A stretch of 64,000 bases of DNA from an uncultured Muribaculaceae bacterium (GTDB lineage: Bacteria; Bacillota_I; Bacilli_A; RF39; UBA660). Below, one piece after another: positions 46,597 to 56,984 of this stretch (within the stretch, counting starts at the first letter, position 1; every line of letters starts with the position of its first letter). Below the pieces are notes generated by a model that searched no databases, was not told where the DNA came from, and worked only from the letters and a program-made list of their open reading frames with translations. The stretch is taken from the NCBI GenBank assembly GCA_964530845.1, contig CAZHBS010000003.1:6280-70279 (forward strand), read 5' to 3'. A program made the position numbers and the translations under genes.

Positions 46597-47592
46597 ATGA
46601 AATTGATACCAGAACAAATAAAGTATTTAAGACAAAGAAAAAAAGAATTAGAATTAAAAAGAAAAGAGTATAAACGCTATCTTGAAACAAGAGACAGAAC
46701 TGGTTATGAAAAAATAGGTATGCCTCAATTTGGGGACTTCGCCAGTGATATGGAATATGTATCATATTTTGAAGAATTAAAGAAAATAGAAGATGAGTTA
46801 GCAAGAAGTACTTTCCATACAGAAAGAAATTTTGATTTCATCGATGTTGGAACACTATTCCAAATAAGATTTAGTGATGAAGACTTAACAGAAGAATTAA
46901 TGCTAGTAGAAAAAGGAATAACACATGATTCTGTAAGACTAGTATCACTAGATAGTGATTTAGGTAAAGCAGTCAAAGGACACAAAGAAAATGATTCACT
47001 AACATATGTTGTTCAAGCAACAGGAAGAAAGATACCTGTTACAATAGAAAAAATAATTACAATTAAAGATAAATATGAACGCTTTATTCGTGAAAGAAAG
47101 TTAACTGACAGAATGAGTGATGTTGTAAAGAAAGATTTACGCACTTTGAAACAAAATGATCCCGAAGAGTACGAAAATCGTCATGCTATAACACCAAGTC
47201 AATTAGAACTTGCTAAAGAAGAACTTTCAAGAATATCAGTATCAAGTAAAGACCAAAGTGATATAAGTAAAAGAGGATACTTACAAAAATTAATCAGAGC
47301 AGCTCAAGTTGTAACACCACCAGAAGATGGTTCAATCGGAGTAGGTTCTCACGTTGAAGTATTATTAACTGACGAAAATAACAATGTCCAAGAATTGTCA
47401 TTTGAATTTATAAATGCTGCAGTATCTACTGAATTAGCATCAGATTATGTGGAAAGAATATCGCCACTTGGAAATACAATTTTTGGTCTAAAAGAAAATG
47501 ATACATTCCAAGTAATAAGAAAGAATAAACCAAGACTAAAAGGAATTATAAAATCAGTAGATAATCAAAATGAAATAAGAAGAGTTAAATAA
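46597..47592 (+). CDS. GreA/GreB-family protein with a coiled-coil N-domain and two tandem Gre C-terminal-like domains
   Basis: The N-terminus LIPEQIKYL...ELELK...GDFASDMEY parallels the GreA tip motif GDLKENAEY. Two segments, IDVGTLFQIRF...LDSDLGKAVKGHKENDS and IGVGSHVEVLL...ISPLGNTIFGLKENDT, parallel the GreA C-domain pattern ..G..V.......ISxxSPlGxALlGxxxGD. Confidence 0.7.
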   Translation: MKLIPEQIKYLRQRKKELELKRKEYKRYLETRDRTGYEKIGMPQFGDFASDMEYVSYFEELKKIEDELARSTFHTERNFDFIDVGTLFQIRFSDEDLTEELMLVEKGITHDSVRLVSLDSDLGKAVKGHKENDSLTYVVQATGRKIPVTIEKIITIKDKYERFIRERKLTDRMSDVVKKDLRTLKQNDPEEYENRHAITPSQLELAKEELSRISVSSKDQSDISKRGYLQKLIRAAQVVTPPEDGSIGVGSHVEVLLTDENNNVQELSFEFINAAVSTELASDYVERISPLGNTIFGLKENDTFQVIRKNKPRLKGIIKSVDNQNEIRRVK

Positions 47593-47629
47593 CTCTTTTT
47601 CTTGTTATTATTAGGTAATTAAGATATAA

Positions 47630-48784
<1,155 letters not shown>

Positions 48785-48785
<1 letters not shown>

Positions 48786-49039
48786 TATACATAAAATATT
48801 GAACTGATATTTTCTTTTTTATCATTACTATTATTAGTCTTATTACCATTATTAGAACCATCATTCTTCATTATATTTGATATTTTAAATAAAGTTTGGG
48901 CATTATTAATAATTGGTCTAACTTGATTAAAAATAGGTATAATCTGATTAATAATATTTAATGTTTTAGTAGTACCATCTAATATACCAGAAAGTGTAAC
49001 TCCTCTTAATAAAGAAGTTGTGCCTGGACCTTGATACAT
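48785..49039 (-). CDS. Small hypothetical protein with an Asn/Lys-rich tail
   Basis: AGAGGTGAT RBS before the ATG. 84 aa, no firm motif. Confidence 0.5.
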
Positions 49040-49157
49040 TGTATCACCTCTAATCTAATATATGTAAAATACAAGAAAAGTTTAAAATACTATTTTAATT
49101 TTAAATATAAAATGCTAAAATAAAATAGTATAGGATAATAAAGGAAGGTAGATTTGT

Positions 49158-50684
49158 ATGTTAGAAAAATTAAAAAAACTAGCTAGTATGGATCTTGGCG
49201 GCAAAAAGAAAGAACCAGAACAAGCTCCAACTCAACAACAGACATTTGAAATCTACGATCCCGGAAGTTCATTTAACCAACAAACAGCTTTTATTAGAAA
49301 AGACCAAGGAAGTACTCCTCCTCAGCCACAACAACCTCAAGGCGAAGAGATAACAACAGCTTCAGCCATCTCATCACCAACTGTTGAGATAATGCCAGGG
49401 CAAGATGCTAATCCTGATTATGAAATGCCAGATGAAGCAGCAGTACTTGCAGAACAAAAAGCAAAGGTAAGAAAACCTTTAAAAAGATATAGATATACCG
49501 TAATAAATAGTATTGGTAAAAAAGAAGAAGGAACATTTGATGCAGAAGAAGAAAACGATGTTCGAAACTTCCTTTTAGGTCAAGACTATCAAGTCCTATC
49601 AGTAAAAGAAAGATCTAAAACAGATATCGATATCGGTGGAAATGGTAAAATAAACGCCAGTGATTTATCATTCTCACTTACTCAGTTATCTACATATATT
49701 AAAGCTGGTATCCCATTATCAGATGCCGTTAAAATTTTAGCAAAACAAACAAAAAAACAATCATTAAAGAAACACTTTAATCAACTAGTATACCAATTAC
49801 TTAAAGGTGAATCATTGTCAGATGCCATGGAAATGCAAGGAGAAGTATTCCCTAAGTTATTAGTTAACATGGTAAAAACAGCAGAAATGACAGGAGACTT
49901 ACCAAGTATTCTAGATGATATGGCAGAGTATTATACTTCAATGGATCAAACAAGAAAACAAATGAAATCAGCTATGACTTACCCAGCTGTCGTATTAACA
50001 ATAGCCATCGCCGTATTAATATTCATGCTAACATATTTAGTTCCACAGTTCACAGCTATGTTTGAAGAACAAGGAGCAGAACTACCAGCCTTAACAAAAG
50101 CAATCATTCAAGTAAGTGATTTTATTAAGACAAAATGGTACCTAATTTTAATAGTAGTAATTGGAGTTGTAGTAGCTTTCTATTTTGCTTATACAAAGAT
50201 TCAAAAATTTAAAGAGGGAGTCCAATTTACCTTAATGCACACTCCAGTCTTTAATAACATTATAATTTATAATGAAATTGCAAACTTTACAAAAACATTT
50301 GCCTCATTGATAAATCACGGAGTATTTATAACAGACTCCATGGAAATCTTATCAAAGATAACCAATAATGAAATTTATAAAAGAATTATAAATAAGACAC
50401 TAGAAAATCTAGCTAAAGGAGATTCTATATCTACCGCCTTTAGAGGTGAATGGGCAATTCCAATAGTTGCCTACGAAATGATTGTAACAGGAGAATCAAC
50501 TGGTCAATTAGGAGAAATGATGGAAAAAGTCGCAGACCACTTCCAAATGCTTCACAAAAACGTAATCGATCAAATGAAAAGTTTAATTGAACCAATCATG
50601 ATTTGTTTCCTTGCTGTAATCGTTGGTATTATCTTAGTTTCAATTATTCAACCAATGTTCAGTATTTATAGTCAAATTAAATAG
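49158..50684 (+). CDS. Type II secretion / type IV pilus platform protein (GspF/PilC/ComGB family) with a roughly 105-aa P/Q-rich N-terminal extension
   Basis: Two GspF-type repeats and three TM segments. The N-terminal extension reads EQAPTQQQ...TPPQPQQPQGEE. Confidence 0.85.
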   Translation: MLEKLKKLASMDLGGKKKEPEQAPTQQQTFEIYDPGSSFNQQTAFIRKDQGSTPPQPQQPQGEEITTASAISSPTVEIMPGQDANPDYEMPDEAAVLAEQKAKVRKPLKRYRYTVINSIGKKEEGTFDAEEENDVRNFLLGQDYQVLSVKERSKTDIDIGGNGKINASDLSFSLTQLSTYIKAGIPLSDAVKILAKQTKKQSLKKHFNQLVYQLLKGESLSDAMEMQGEVFPKLLVNMVKTAEMTGDLPSILDDMAEYYTSMDQTRKQMKSAMTYPAVVLTIAIAVLIFMLTYLVPQFTAMFEEQGAELPALTKAIIQVSDFIKTKWYLILIVVIGVVVAFYFAYTKIQKFKEGVQFTLMHTPVFNNIIIYNEIANFTKTFASLINHGVFITDSMEILSKITNNEIYKRIINKTLENLAKGDSISTAFRGEWAIPIVAYEMIVTGESTGQLGEMMEKVADHFQMLHKNVIDQMKSLIEPIMICFLAVIVGIILVSIIQPMFSIYSQIK

Positions 50685-50699
50685 AAGGAGGTAATTATT

Positions 50700-51467
50700 A
50701 TGGAAATAGCATATTTAATTATCTTCTTTATTTTAGGGCTACATATGGGATCATTCTACACTGTAGTTGGAAAAAGATTACCAAAGAATGAAGACTTTAT
50801 AAAGACAAGAAGTCATTGTGATAATTGTAATCATAATTTAAAACTAATAGATATGATTCCACTTATCTCAATATTACTATTAAAGGGAAAATGTAGGTAC
50901 TGTGGCAAAAAGATTGATACAACATCAACATATATGGAATTATTTTCAGGAGTCTTGTATGCCTTAGCATTTTACTTATTTGGATTTAGTTATGAATTCT
51001 TAATAGCCCTAGGAATTATATCATTATTGATAATCTTATCAGTATCTGATATATCATATTATATTATTCCTGATGAAATACTAATATTTGCTGCAGGATA
51101 CTTCATAATAATAAATACATTAAAAGAAGGAGTAATATATGCCCTAGGATCAATTCTATCGGGATTAATATTATTCCTATTTATGTACTTAATAATGGTA
51201 GTTGGTAATTTAGTTTTTAAAAAAGAAACATTAGGTGGAGGAGATATAAAGCTAATGTTTGTAGTAGGATTAGTATTAAATCCTTTTTTAGGACTAATGA
51301 CAATTTTCCTATCAAGCTTTATTGCCTTACCAATATCCTTGATTATTCTTCATTTTAAAAAGAAAAAAATAGTACCATATGGACCGTTTATATTAATTAG
51401 TTTAATGTTAATATATTTTACAGGAATAAATATTGAAATGGTTACAGAGTTTATGAGATTATTATGA
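50700..51467 (+). CDS. Prepilin peptidase (A24 family)
   Basis: Cys motifs CDNCNH...CRYCGKK, and catalytic Asp contexts SDISYYIIPD and GGGDIKLM. Confidence 0.88.
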   Translation: MEIAYLIIFFILGLHMGSFYTVVGKRLPKNEDFIKTRSHCDNCNHNLKLIDMIPLISILLLKGKCRYCGKKIDTTSTYMELFSGVLYALAFYLFGFSYEFLIALGIISLLIILSVSDISYYIIPDEILIFAAGYFIIINTLKEGVIYALGSILSGLILFLFMYLIMVVGNLVFKKETLGGGDIKLMFVVGLVLNPFLGLMTIFLSSFIALPISLIILHFKKKKIVPYGPFILISLMLIYFTGINIEMVTEFMRLL

Positions 51468-51493
51468 GAAAGATAAGTTCTTTCTTTTTTTTT
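51466..51493 (+). terminator. Rho-independent terminator
   Basis: Stem gagaaag / ctttctt followed by a long T-run. Confidence 0.6.
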
Positions 51494-51531
51494 CTATTTA
51501 GTGTACTATAATTATTAGTAGGTGATGACTG

Positions 51532-52836
51532 ATGAAAAATCTAATCTTAAATCCGGCAGATACATATATTGTTATAAACAAAACCTTAATAACAGAAAAA
51601 GATAAAAAAGAAGTAACTATGTTATATCAACCTATAATAGGTTACATTGCAACATCTCTTTATAGTACTTTATTATCAGATCTAGATGAACAAGAAATAA
51701 TGAGTGAAGATTTAACACACCACCATCTTATGTCAACTATGCAATTAAAATTAGAAGAAATATTAATTGCTAGAAAAAAACTTGAAGCAGTCGGTTTATT
51801 AAAAACATATTTAAAGCAAGATAATATAAATCAATATGTCTATGAAATATATTCACCTCTAGAACCATCAGAGTTTTTTAATCATCCTATTTTAAACATT
51901 GTTTTATACAATAATCTAGGAAAAAAAGAATATGAAAGAATTCTAAATTATTATAAACTACCCAAAATAAGCCTAAAAGACCATGAAGATATAACATCTG
52001 CATTTAACGAAGTATTTACTCCGGTTAAAGGAAACATTATTGAATTTGAAGAAAATATTGTCAAAAGAAATACTGGAGAAATGAATAATAAAAATATAAT
52101 TGACTTTGATATGATTATTGAATCTATTCCTAAAAATAGAATTAGTAATAGATGTTTTAATGAAGATAGTAAAGAATTAATAAACAATTTAGCCTATATT
52201 TATAGTCTTAACTCATTAGAGATGCAAGGAATAGTTAGAGAATCAATTAATGAAAGAGGTTTAATTGATAAAACAGAACTAAGAAAGAAAGCTCGTGATT
52301 ATTATAAATTTGAAAATGGTGGTAATCTTCCTACATTAATATATAATAGACAGCCTGAATTTTTAAAGAAACCAAAGGGTGATAACTCTAAATGGGCAAA
52401 AATGGTTTATACATTTGAAAATATAAGCCCGATAGAATTACTGCGAGCAAAATCTAATGGAGGAGAACCAACTGATAGAGATAAAAGATTAGTTGAAAAC
52501 CTAATGGCTGATCAAAAATTAAATCCAGGAGTAATAAACGTTTTATTAAGTTATGTCTTAAAGACAAATAACCAACAATTAAATAAAAATTTTATTGAAA
52601 CAATTGCTGGTCAGTGGAAAAGAGCGAACATTGAAACTGTCGAAGAAGCTATGATAATAACTGAAAAAGAACATAAGAAGTTAAAGAAAATCATGGAAGA
52701 AAAGAAAAAGCCAACTCAAGTAATGAAAACAAAAGAACAACAACTTCCTGCTTGGTTTAGTGAAAATCAAGATGTAAAAGAAACATCACAAGAAGAAATA
52801 GATGAGTTAGACAAAATTTTAAACGATATAATTTAA
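51532..52836 (+). CDS. dnaB: Replication initiation and membrane attachment protein (Bacillus DnaB-type helicase co-loader)
   Basis: The N-terminus is collinear with B. subtilis DnaB as I recall it: LYQPIIG...SLY..L, KLEAVGLLKTY, IYSPLEPSEFF. Confidence 0.8.
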   Translation: MKNLILNPADTYIVINKTLITEKDKKEVTMLYQPIIGYIATSLYSTLLSDLDEQEIMSEDLTHHHLMSTMQLKLEEILIARKKLEAVGLLKTYLKQDNINQYVYEIYSPLEPSEFFNHPILNIVLYNNLGKKEYERILNYYKLPKISLKDHEDITSAFNEVFTPVKGNIIEFEENIVKRNTGEMNNKNIIDFDMIIESIPKNRISNRCFNEDSKELINNLAYIYSLNSLEMQGIVRESINERGLIDKTELRKKARDYYKFENGGNLPTLIYNRQPEFLKKPKGDNSKWAKMVYTFENISPIELLRAKSNGGEPTDRDKRLVENLMADQKLNPGVINVLLSYVLKTNNQQLNKNFIETIAGQWKRANIETVEEAMIITEKEHKKLKKIMEEKKKPTQVMKTKEQQLPAWFSENQDVKETSQEEIDELDKILNDII

Positions 52837-52927
52837 AAAGTGTAAATAATTGTAAAAAAATGTAATAAAAACCCTTTTATTAACTAAAATAATAATAAGT
52901 ATGATAATATTAATAAGAGGTTTTTTT

Positions 52928-53422
52928 ATGCATAAAATAAATAATGATGAATTTAACAACTTAATAGAAAAATATATTTCTCATCCAAAAGTGCAAGAAT
53001 TAAAAATGTATGCACATCATGGATCAACGAGATATGATCATTCCCTAAAAGTTGCTTATGATACATATAGAGTTACAAAGACATTGGGTCTAGATTATGT
53101 TTCTGCAACAAAATCTGCTATTCTTCATGATTTTTTCTTAGATGAAGTAGAAACAGAAAATGGTATTGCTAGGCTTCAACACCATCCATCACATGCAGTA
53201 GAAAATGCTAAAAAGTATTTTGGTGTAACTAGCAAAGAAGAAGACATTATTAAGACTCACATGTTTCCAGTAACATTTAGACCTCCTAAATATGTAGAAG
53301 GTTGGGTAGTAGATATAGTAGATGATATAGTTGCAATAAAAGAAAGAAAATATGTTGCTAAAAAAGCATATTTATCAGTTAGAAACTTCGTATTACTTCT
53401 ACTAGTAATGATAACAAAATAA
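52928..53422 (+). CDS. HD-domain phosphohydrolase
   Basis: H...HD pattern (DHSLKVAY...ILHDFF). The ATG at 52928 follows an AAGAGG RBS. Confidence 0.8.
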   Translation: MHKINNDEFNNLIEKYISHPKVQELKMYAHHGSTRYDHSLKVAYDTYRVTKTLGLDYVSATKSAILHDFFLDEVETENGIARLQHHPSHAVENAKKYFGVTSKEEDIIKTHMFPVTFRPPKYVEGWVVDIVDDIVAIKERKYVAKKAYLSVRNFVLLLLVMITK

Positions 53423-53485
53423 GAAAGAGTGATATCTCTTTTTTTTTATATAAATATATGTTATAATGTAGCAAGAAAGAAGTCG

Positions 53486-55108
53486 ATGAATATGAAAAAA
53501 ACATACATATTTGGTCATAGAAAACCAGATACTGACTCAGTAACATCTGCAATTGCTCTTTCATACTTAAAGAATAAGTTGGGGTCAAATACAGAACCAA
53601 GAGTATTAGGTTCAATAAATAAGGAAACAGCTTTTGCACTTAATTACTTTGATATTAAACAACCTAAATATTTAAATGATGTAAAATTACAATTACAAGA
53701 TATTAATTATCATAAAGGTTTTATGATAGAAGATACCAAAAGTATTTATGATGCTTATCAAGAAATGCTTGATAAAGAACTAACTGGAATACCTGTATGC
53801 AAATCAGATAAAAGTTTACTTGGATTAGTTACATTAAAAGACTTATCACATAATCTTGTAAATGAAAATGTAGAGGATTTATATACATCATATGATAATT
53901 TATTAAGAGTATTAAAAGGTGAAGAACTAGTAAGAGCCAGTGAAGATATTATTGGAAAATTAATAGTAGCAGCTTATAGAAGTACTACTTTTATGTCAAA
54001 TGTCAAACTAGATAGATCAAACATCCTAATTGTAGGAGACAGACATAGTGTTATTGAATATGCAGTAAACTCTAAAGTAAAATTAATAATTTTATCAGGA
54101 GATTCATATATTAAAGAAGAACACCTAGAAATTGCTAGAAAAAATAAAGTAAATGTAATTCGCACACCATATGATACTTATCGTGTATCTAAATTAGTTG
54201 CTTTGTCAAATTACATTAAAACAATGGTTAGAATTTATAATCCAGCAAAGTTTTGCGAAACAGACTTTGTCTCAGATATTCAAGATATTAATAATAAGGA
54301 AAAACATACAAACTATCCAGTTATAAATAAGAATAATAAATGTCTTGGTCTATTAAAAATAACTGACTTATCAGAAAAATCTCCTAAAACAGTAATTTTA
54401 GTAGATCATAATGAAAAATTACAAAGTGCTGAAGGATTAGAGGAATCAGAAATATTAGAAATTTTCGATCACCATGCTTTAGGAAGTATTACAACTTCAT
54501 CACCAATCAATTATCGAAACATGGTAGTAGGTTCTACATGTACAATTATTTATACATTGTATAAAGAATCAAATGTTGAAATACCAAAGAGTATTGCCGG
54601 TTTATTGTTATCTGGAATATTATCAGATACATTGATTCTTAGAAGCCCAACTGCAACAGCAAAAGATAAAGAAGCAGTATTAGATTTATCAAAAATAGCA
54701 GAAGTAGATTATGAAAACTATGGTATGGAATTATTTAAATCAGGTACTTCAATTGAAGGAATGAGTAAAGAAGATGTTCTTTATAATGACTATAAACTAT
54801 TTACTGCAAGCGATAAAACATTCTCTGTTGGTCAATTCTTTACAATGAACTTTGATAGTATTGAAAAAGAAATAGACGAGTATATAGATGTCTTAGACAA
54901 AGTAGCAGAAAACAACAACTATATACTTGTAAGTTTATATGTAACAGATATTGTAAAAAACGGAAGTTATGTAATTTATAATAGAAAAGCTCAGTCATTA
55001 ATGGAAGTAGCTTATGAAAAAGATATTAAAGAAGGACAATTCTTAGAAGGATGTGTATCAAGAAAAAAACACATTGTTCCAATTATAATGTCAGTCATAG
55101 AAAGTTAG
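53486..55108 (+). CDS. ppaC: Family II inorganic pyrophosphatase with a CBS/DRTGG regulatory insert (CBS-PPase)
   Basis: DHH-family motifs HRKPDTDS, VDHNE and DHHALG with an insert of about 250 aa between them. The start is ambiguous (53486 or 53492). Confidence 0.85.
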   Translation: MNMKKTYIFGHRKPDTDSVTSAIALSYLKNKLGSNTEPRVLGSINKETAFALNYFDIKQPKYLNDVKLQLQDINYHKGFMIEDTKSIYDAYQEMLDKELTGIPVCKSDKSLLGLVTLKDLSHNLVNENVEDLYTSYDNLLRVLKGEELVRASEDIIGKLIVAAYRSTTFMSNVKLDRSNILIVGDRHSVIEYAVNSKVKLIILSGDSYIKEEHLEIARKNKVNVIRTPYDTYRVSKLVALSNYIKTMVRIYNPAKFCETDFVSDIQDINNKEKHTNYPVINKNNKCLGLLKITDLSEKSPKTVILVDHNEKLQSAEGLEESEILEIFDHHALGSITTSSPINYRNMVVGSTCTIIYTLYKESNVEIPKSIAGLLLSGILSDTLILRSPTATAKDKEAVLDLSKIAEVDYENYGMELFKSGTSIEGMSKEDVLYNDYKLFTASDKTFSVGQFFTMNFDSIEKEIDEYIDVLDKVAENNNYILVSLYVTDIVKNGSYVIYNRKAQSLMEVAYEKDIKEGQFLEGCVSRKKHIVPIIMSVIES

Positions 55109-55115
55109 GTGTATT

Positions 55116-55631
55116 ATGGCCAATAAGTTAGTTGAACTTATACTAGGACTTTTAGGAGGATTAGTATCAATTCCATATGGTAAACAATTAATTGTGTTTA
55201 TAATTTCTCTATTACCACTCTTAGAATTAAGAGGTGGATTAATTGCCGCAGCATTATTAAAATTAAATCCCGTAGAAAGTTATATAATCTCTATAATAGG
55301 TAATGTCTTACCAGTACCATTAATATTATGGTTTATAAATAGTATCCTAAATTGGATGCGAAAGGGAAAACATCTATCAAAAATAGCCAATTGGTTAGAT
55401 AAAAAAGTCGAAAAGCATAAAGGTCAAATAGAAAAGTACGGTTTCTGGGGATTAGTACTATTTGTTGGAATTCCACTACCTGGAACAGGGGCATGGACAG
55501 GTTGTTTAATCGCCGCAGTATTAAATATGGACAAAAAGAAGGCCTTTCTCGCATCACTTCTTGGAATATTTATGGCAAGTATAATCATGATGCTTTTATC
55601 ATTTGGAATATTAAGAAACATAATAGGATAA
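55116..55631 (+). CDS. Small multidrug-export-like membrane protein (COG2426 type)
   Basis: Four TM segments and an LELRGGL motif near the N-terminus. Confidence 0.6.
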   Translation: MANKLVELILGLLGGLVSIPYGKQLIVFIISLLPLLELRGGLIAAALLKLNPVESYIISIIGNVLPVPLILWFINSILNWMRKGKHLSKIANWLDKKVEKHKGQIEKYGFWGLVLFVGIPLPGTGAWTGCLIAAVLNMDKKKAFLASLLGIFMASIIMMLLSFGILRNIIG

Positions 55632-55699
55632 TATCCTATTTTTCTTTTGATTTATTTTTAATAACGAATATGTTATAATTTTTATAAGGTAGTGATTAC

Positions 55700-56410
55700 A
55701 TGTTCGATAAAATTGTTTTTTATTTTTTAATATTCTTTATCTATTCAGTAATAGGATATATATGTGAAGTAAGTTCAATTTGTCTAAAAACAAAAAAACT
55801 AAGTTTTAGTAGAGGATTCTTAATAGGACCATATTTACCAATATTTGGTTTTGGAGGATTAATAATAACACTATTATTAAATAAATATGTAGATGAACCT
55901 ATAACTGTATTTATCCTAGGAACATTTTATAGTTGTTTACTAGAATATCTTACAAGCTATTTTATGGAAAGATTATTTCATCTAAGATGGTGGGATTACA
56001 GTCATAATAAATTTAATATTAATGGTAGAATTTGTCTAGAAACAGGATTCCTATTTGGAGTAGGATCTCTTATCATAAATTACATAACTAATCCATTATT
56101 ATTTAAATTATTTAGAATAACTCCATTATTTTTAATTAGAATTATTGGAATAGTTTTATTTGTTATTATGTTATTAGATACCATTGTTTCTGTTATTGCT
56201 GTAACAAAACTTGAAATAGACACATCAAAGTTTATTAATAAAGATGCCACTAAAGAAATAAAAGAAAAGATTACGATTTCACTTAAAAAATATAGATTCT
56301 TCCATAGTAGATTATTAGAAGCATTTCCAAATATAACGAAAAATAATACAAAGATAGCACAAATAAAAGATATCATAAAAAAGAAAAAGGGTGAAGCAAA
56401 TGAAAAATAG
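55700..56410 (+). CDS. Polytopic membrane protein of the putative ABC-transporter type IV family (PF06541-like)
   Basis: N-terminal pattern FFIYSVIGYICEV...GFLIGPYLPIFGFG. Confidence 0.55.
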   Translation: MFDKIVFYFLIFFIYSVIGYICEVSSICLKTKKLSFSRGFLIGPYLPIFGFGGLIITLLLNKYVDEPITVFILGTFYSCLLEYLTSYFMERLFHLRWWDYSHNKFNINGRICLETGFLFGVGSLIINYITNPLLFKLFRITPLFLIRIIGIVLFVIMLLDTIVSVIAVTKLEIDTSKFINKDATKEIKEKITISLKKYRFFHSRLLEAFPNITKNNTKIAQIKDIIKKKKGEANEK

Positions 56411-56951
56411 AAAAGGATTTACCATGGTAGAATTACTTGTAACAATAGTAATTTTAGGAGTAATAACAGGAATGTCTTGGCCACTTGTAAGAAGACTTCA
56501 AGAACAAAATGCTAAATCAAAGTATACAACTTACGGAGATGGTGTTGTCTCTGCCGCAAAAATATATGTAGACTCTTTTGAAGAAGATTTATTTTACTAT
56601 GAGGACGACTTACCAAAATTAACTGCAGAACAAAAAACAATTGCAAAAAATAATGGAGAGTTGCTTTCTGACGAATTAACACAATGTGCTATGATTTCAG
56701 TAACAGACTTAATAAATCATAATTTAATAAAAGATATAAATATGGACGAAATATCATGCGTAAGTAACTATTCATTTGTTATCGTAAAGAAGAAAAAAAA
56801 CAACTATGATTATAAATATTATTTAGGCTGTGGTAAGAAAAAAACAAGAGAGTTAATAAATAGTGAAATATCTATGACTATCCCAGAAGACTTAGCTGTT
56901 GCAGCTGATGGTGTAAAACCATCACTAAAAGATTATTGTAAATTAAACTAA
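56400..56951 (+). CDS. Type IV pilin / pseudopilin-like protein
   Basis: Class III signal MKNRKG/FTMVELLVTIVILGVITG with Glu at +5. The ATG at 56400 follows AAGGGTGA and overlaps the upstream gene end. Confidence 0.8.
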   Translation: MKNRKGFTMVELLVTIVILGVITGMSWPLVRRLQEQNAKSKYTTYGDGVVSAAKIYVDSFEEDLFYYEDDLPKLTAEQKTIAKNNGELLSDELTQCAMISVTDLINHNLIKDINMDEISCVSNYSFVIVKKKKNNYDYKYYLGCGKKKTRELINSEISMTIPEDLAVAADGVKPSLKDYCKLN

Positions 56952-56984
56952 AAAATATATTATAATAATAAAAGGAGGAACAAA

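Noticed and set aside
55333-55678. ORFs 55333-55557(-), 55424-55621(-) and 55493-55678(+) within or overlapping the small membrane-protein gene.
   Set aside because: They are alternative frames of a supported TM-protein gene, with no independent start signals.
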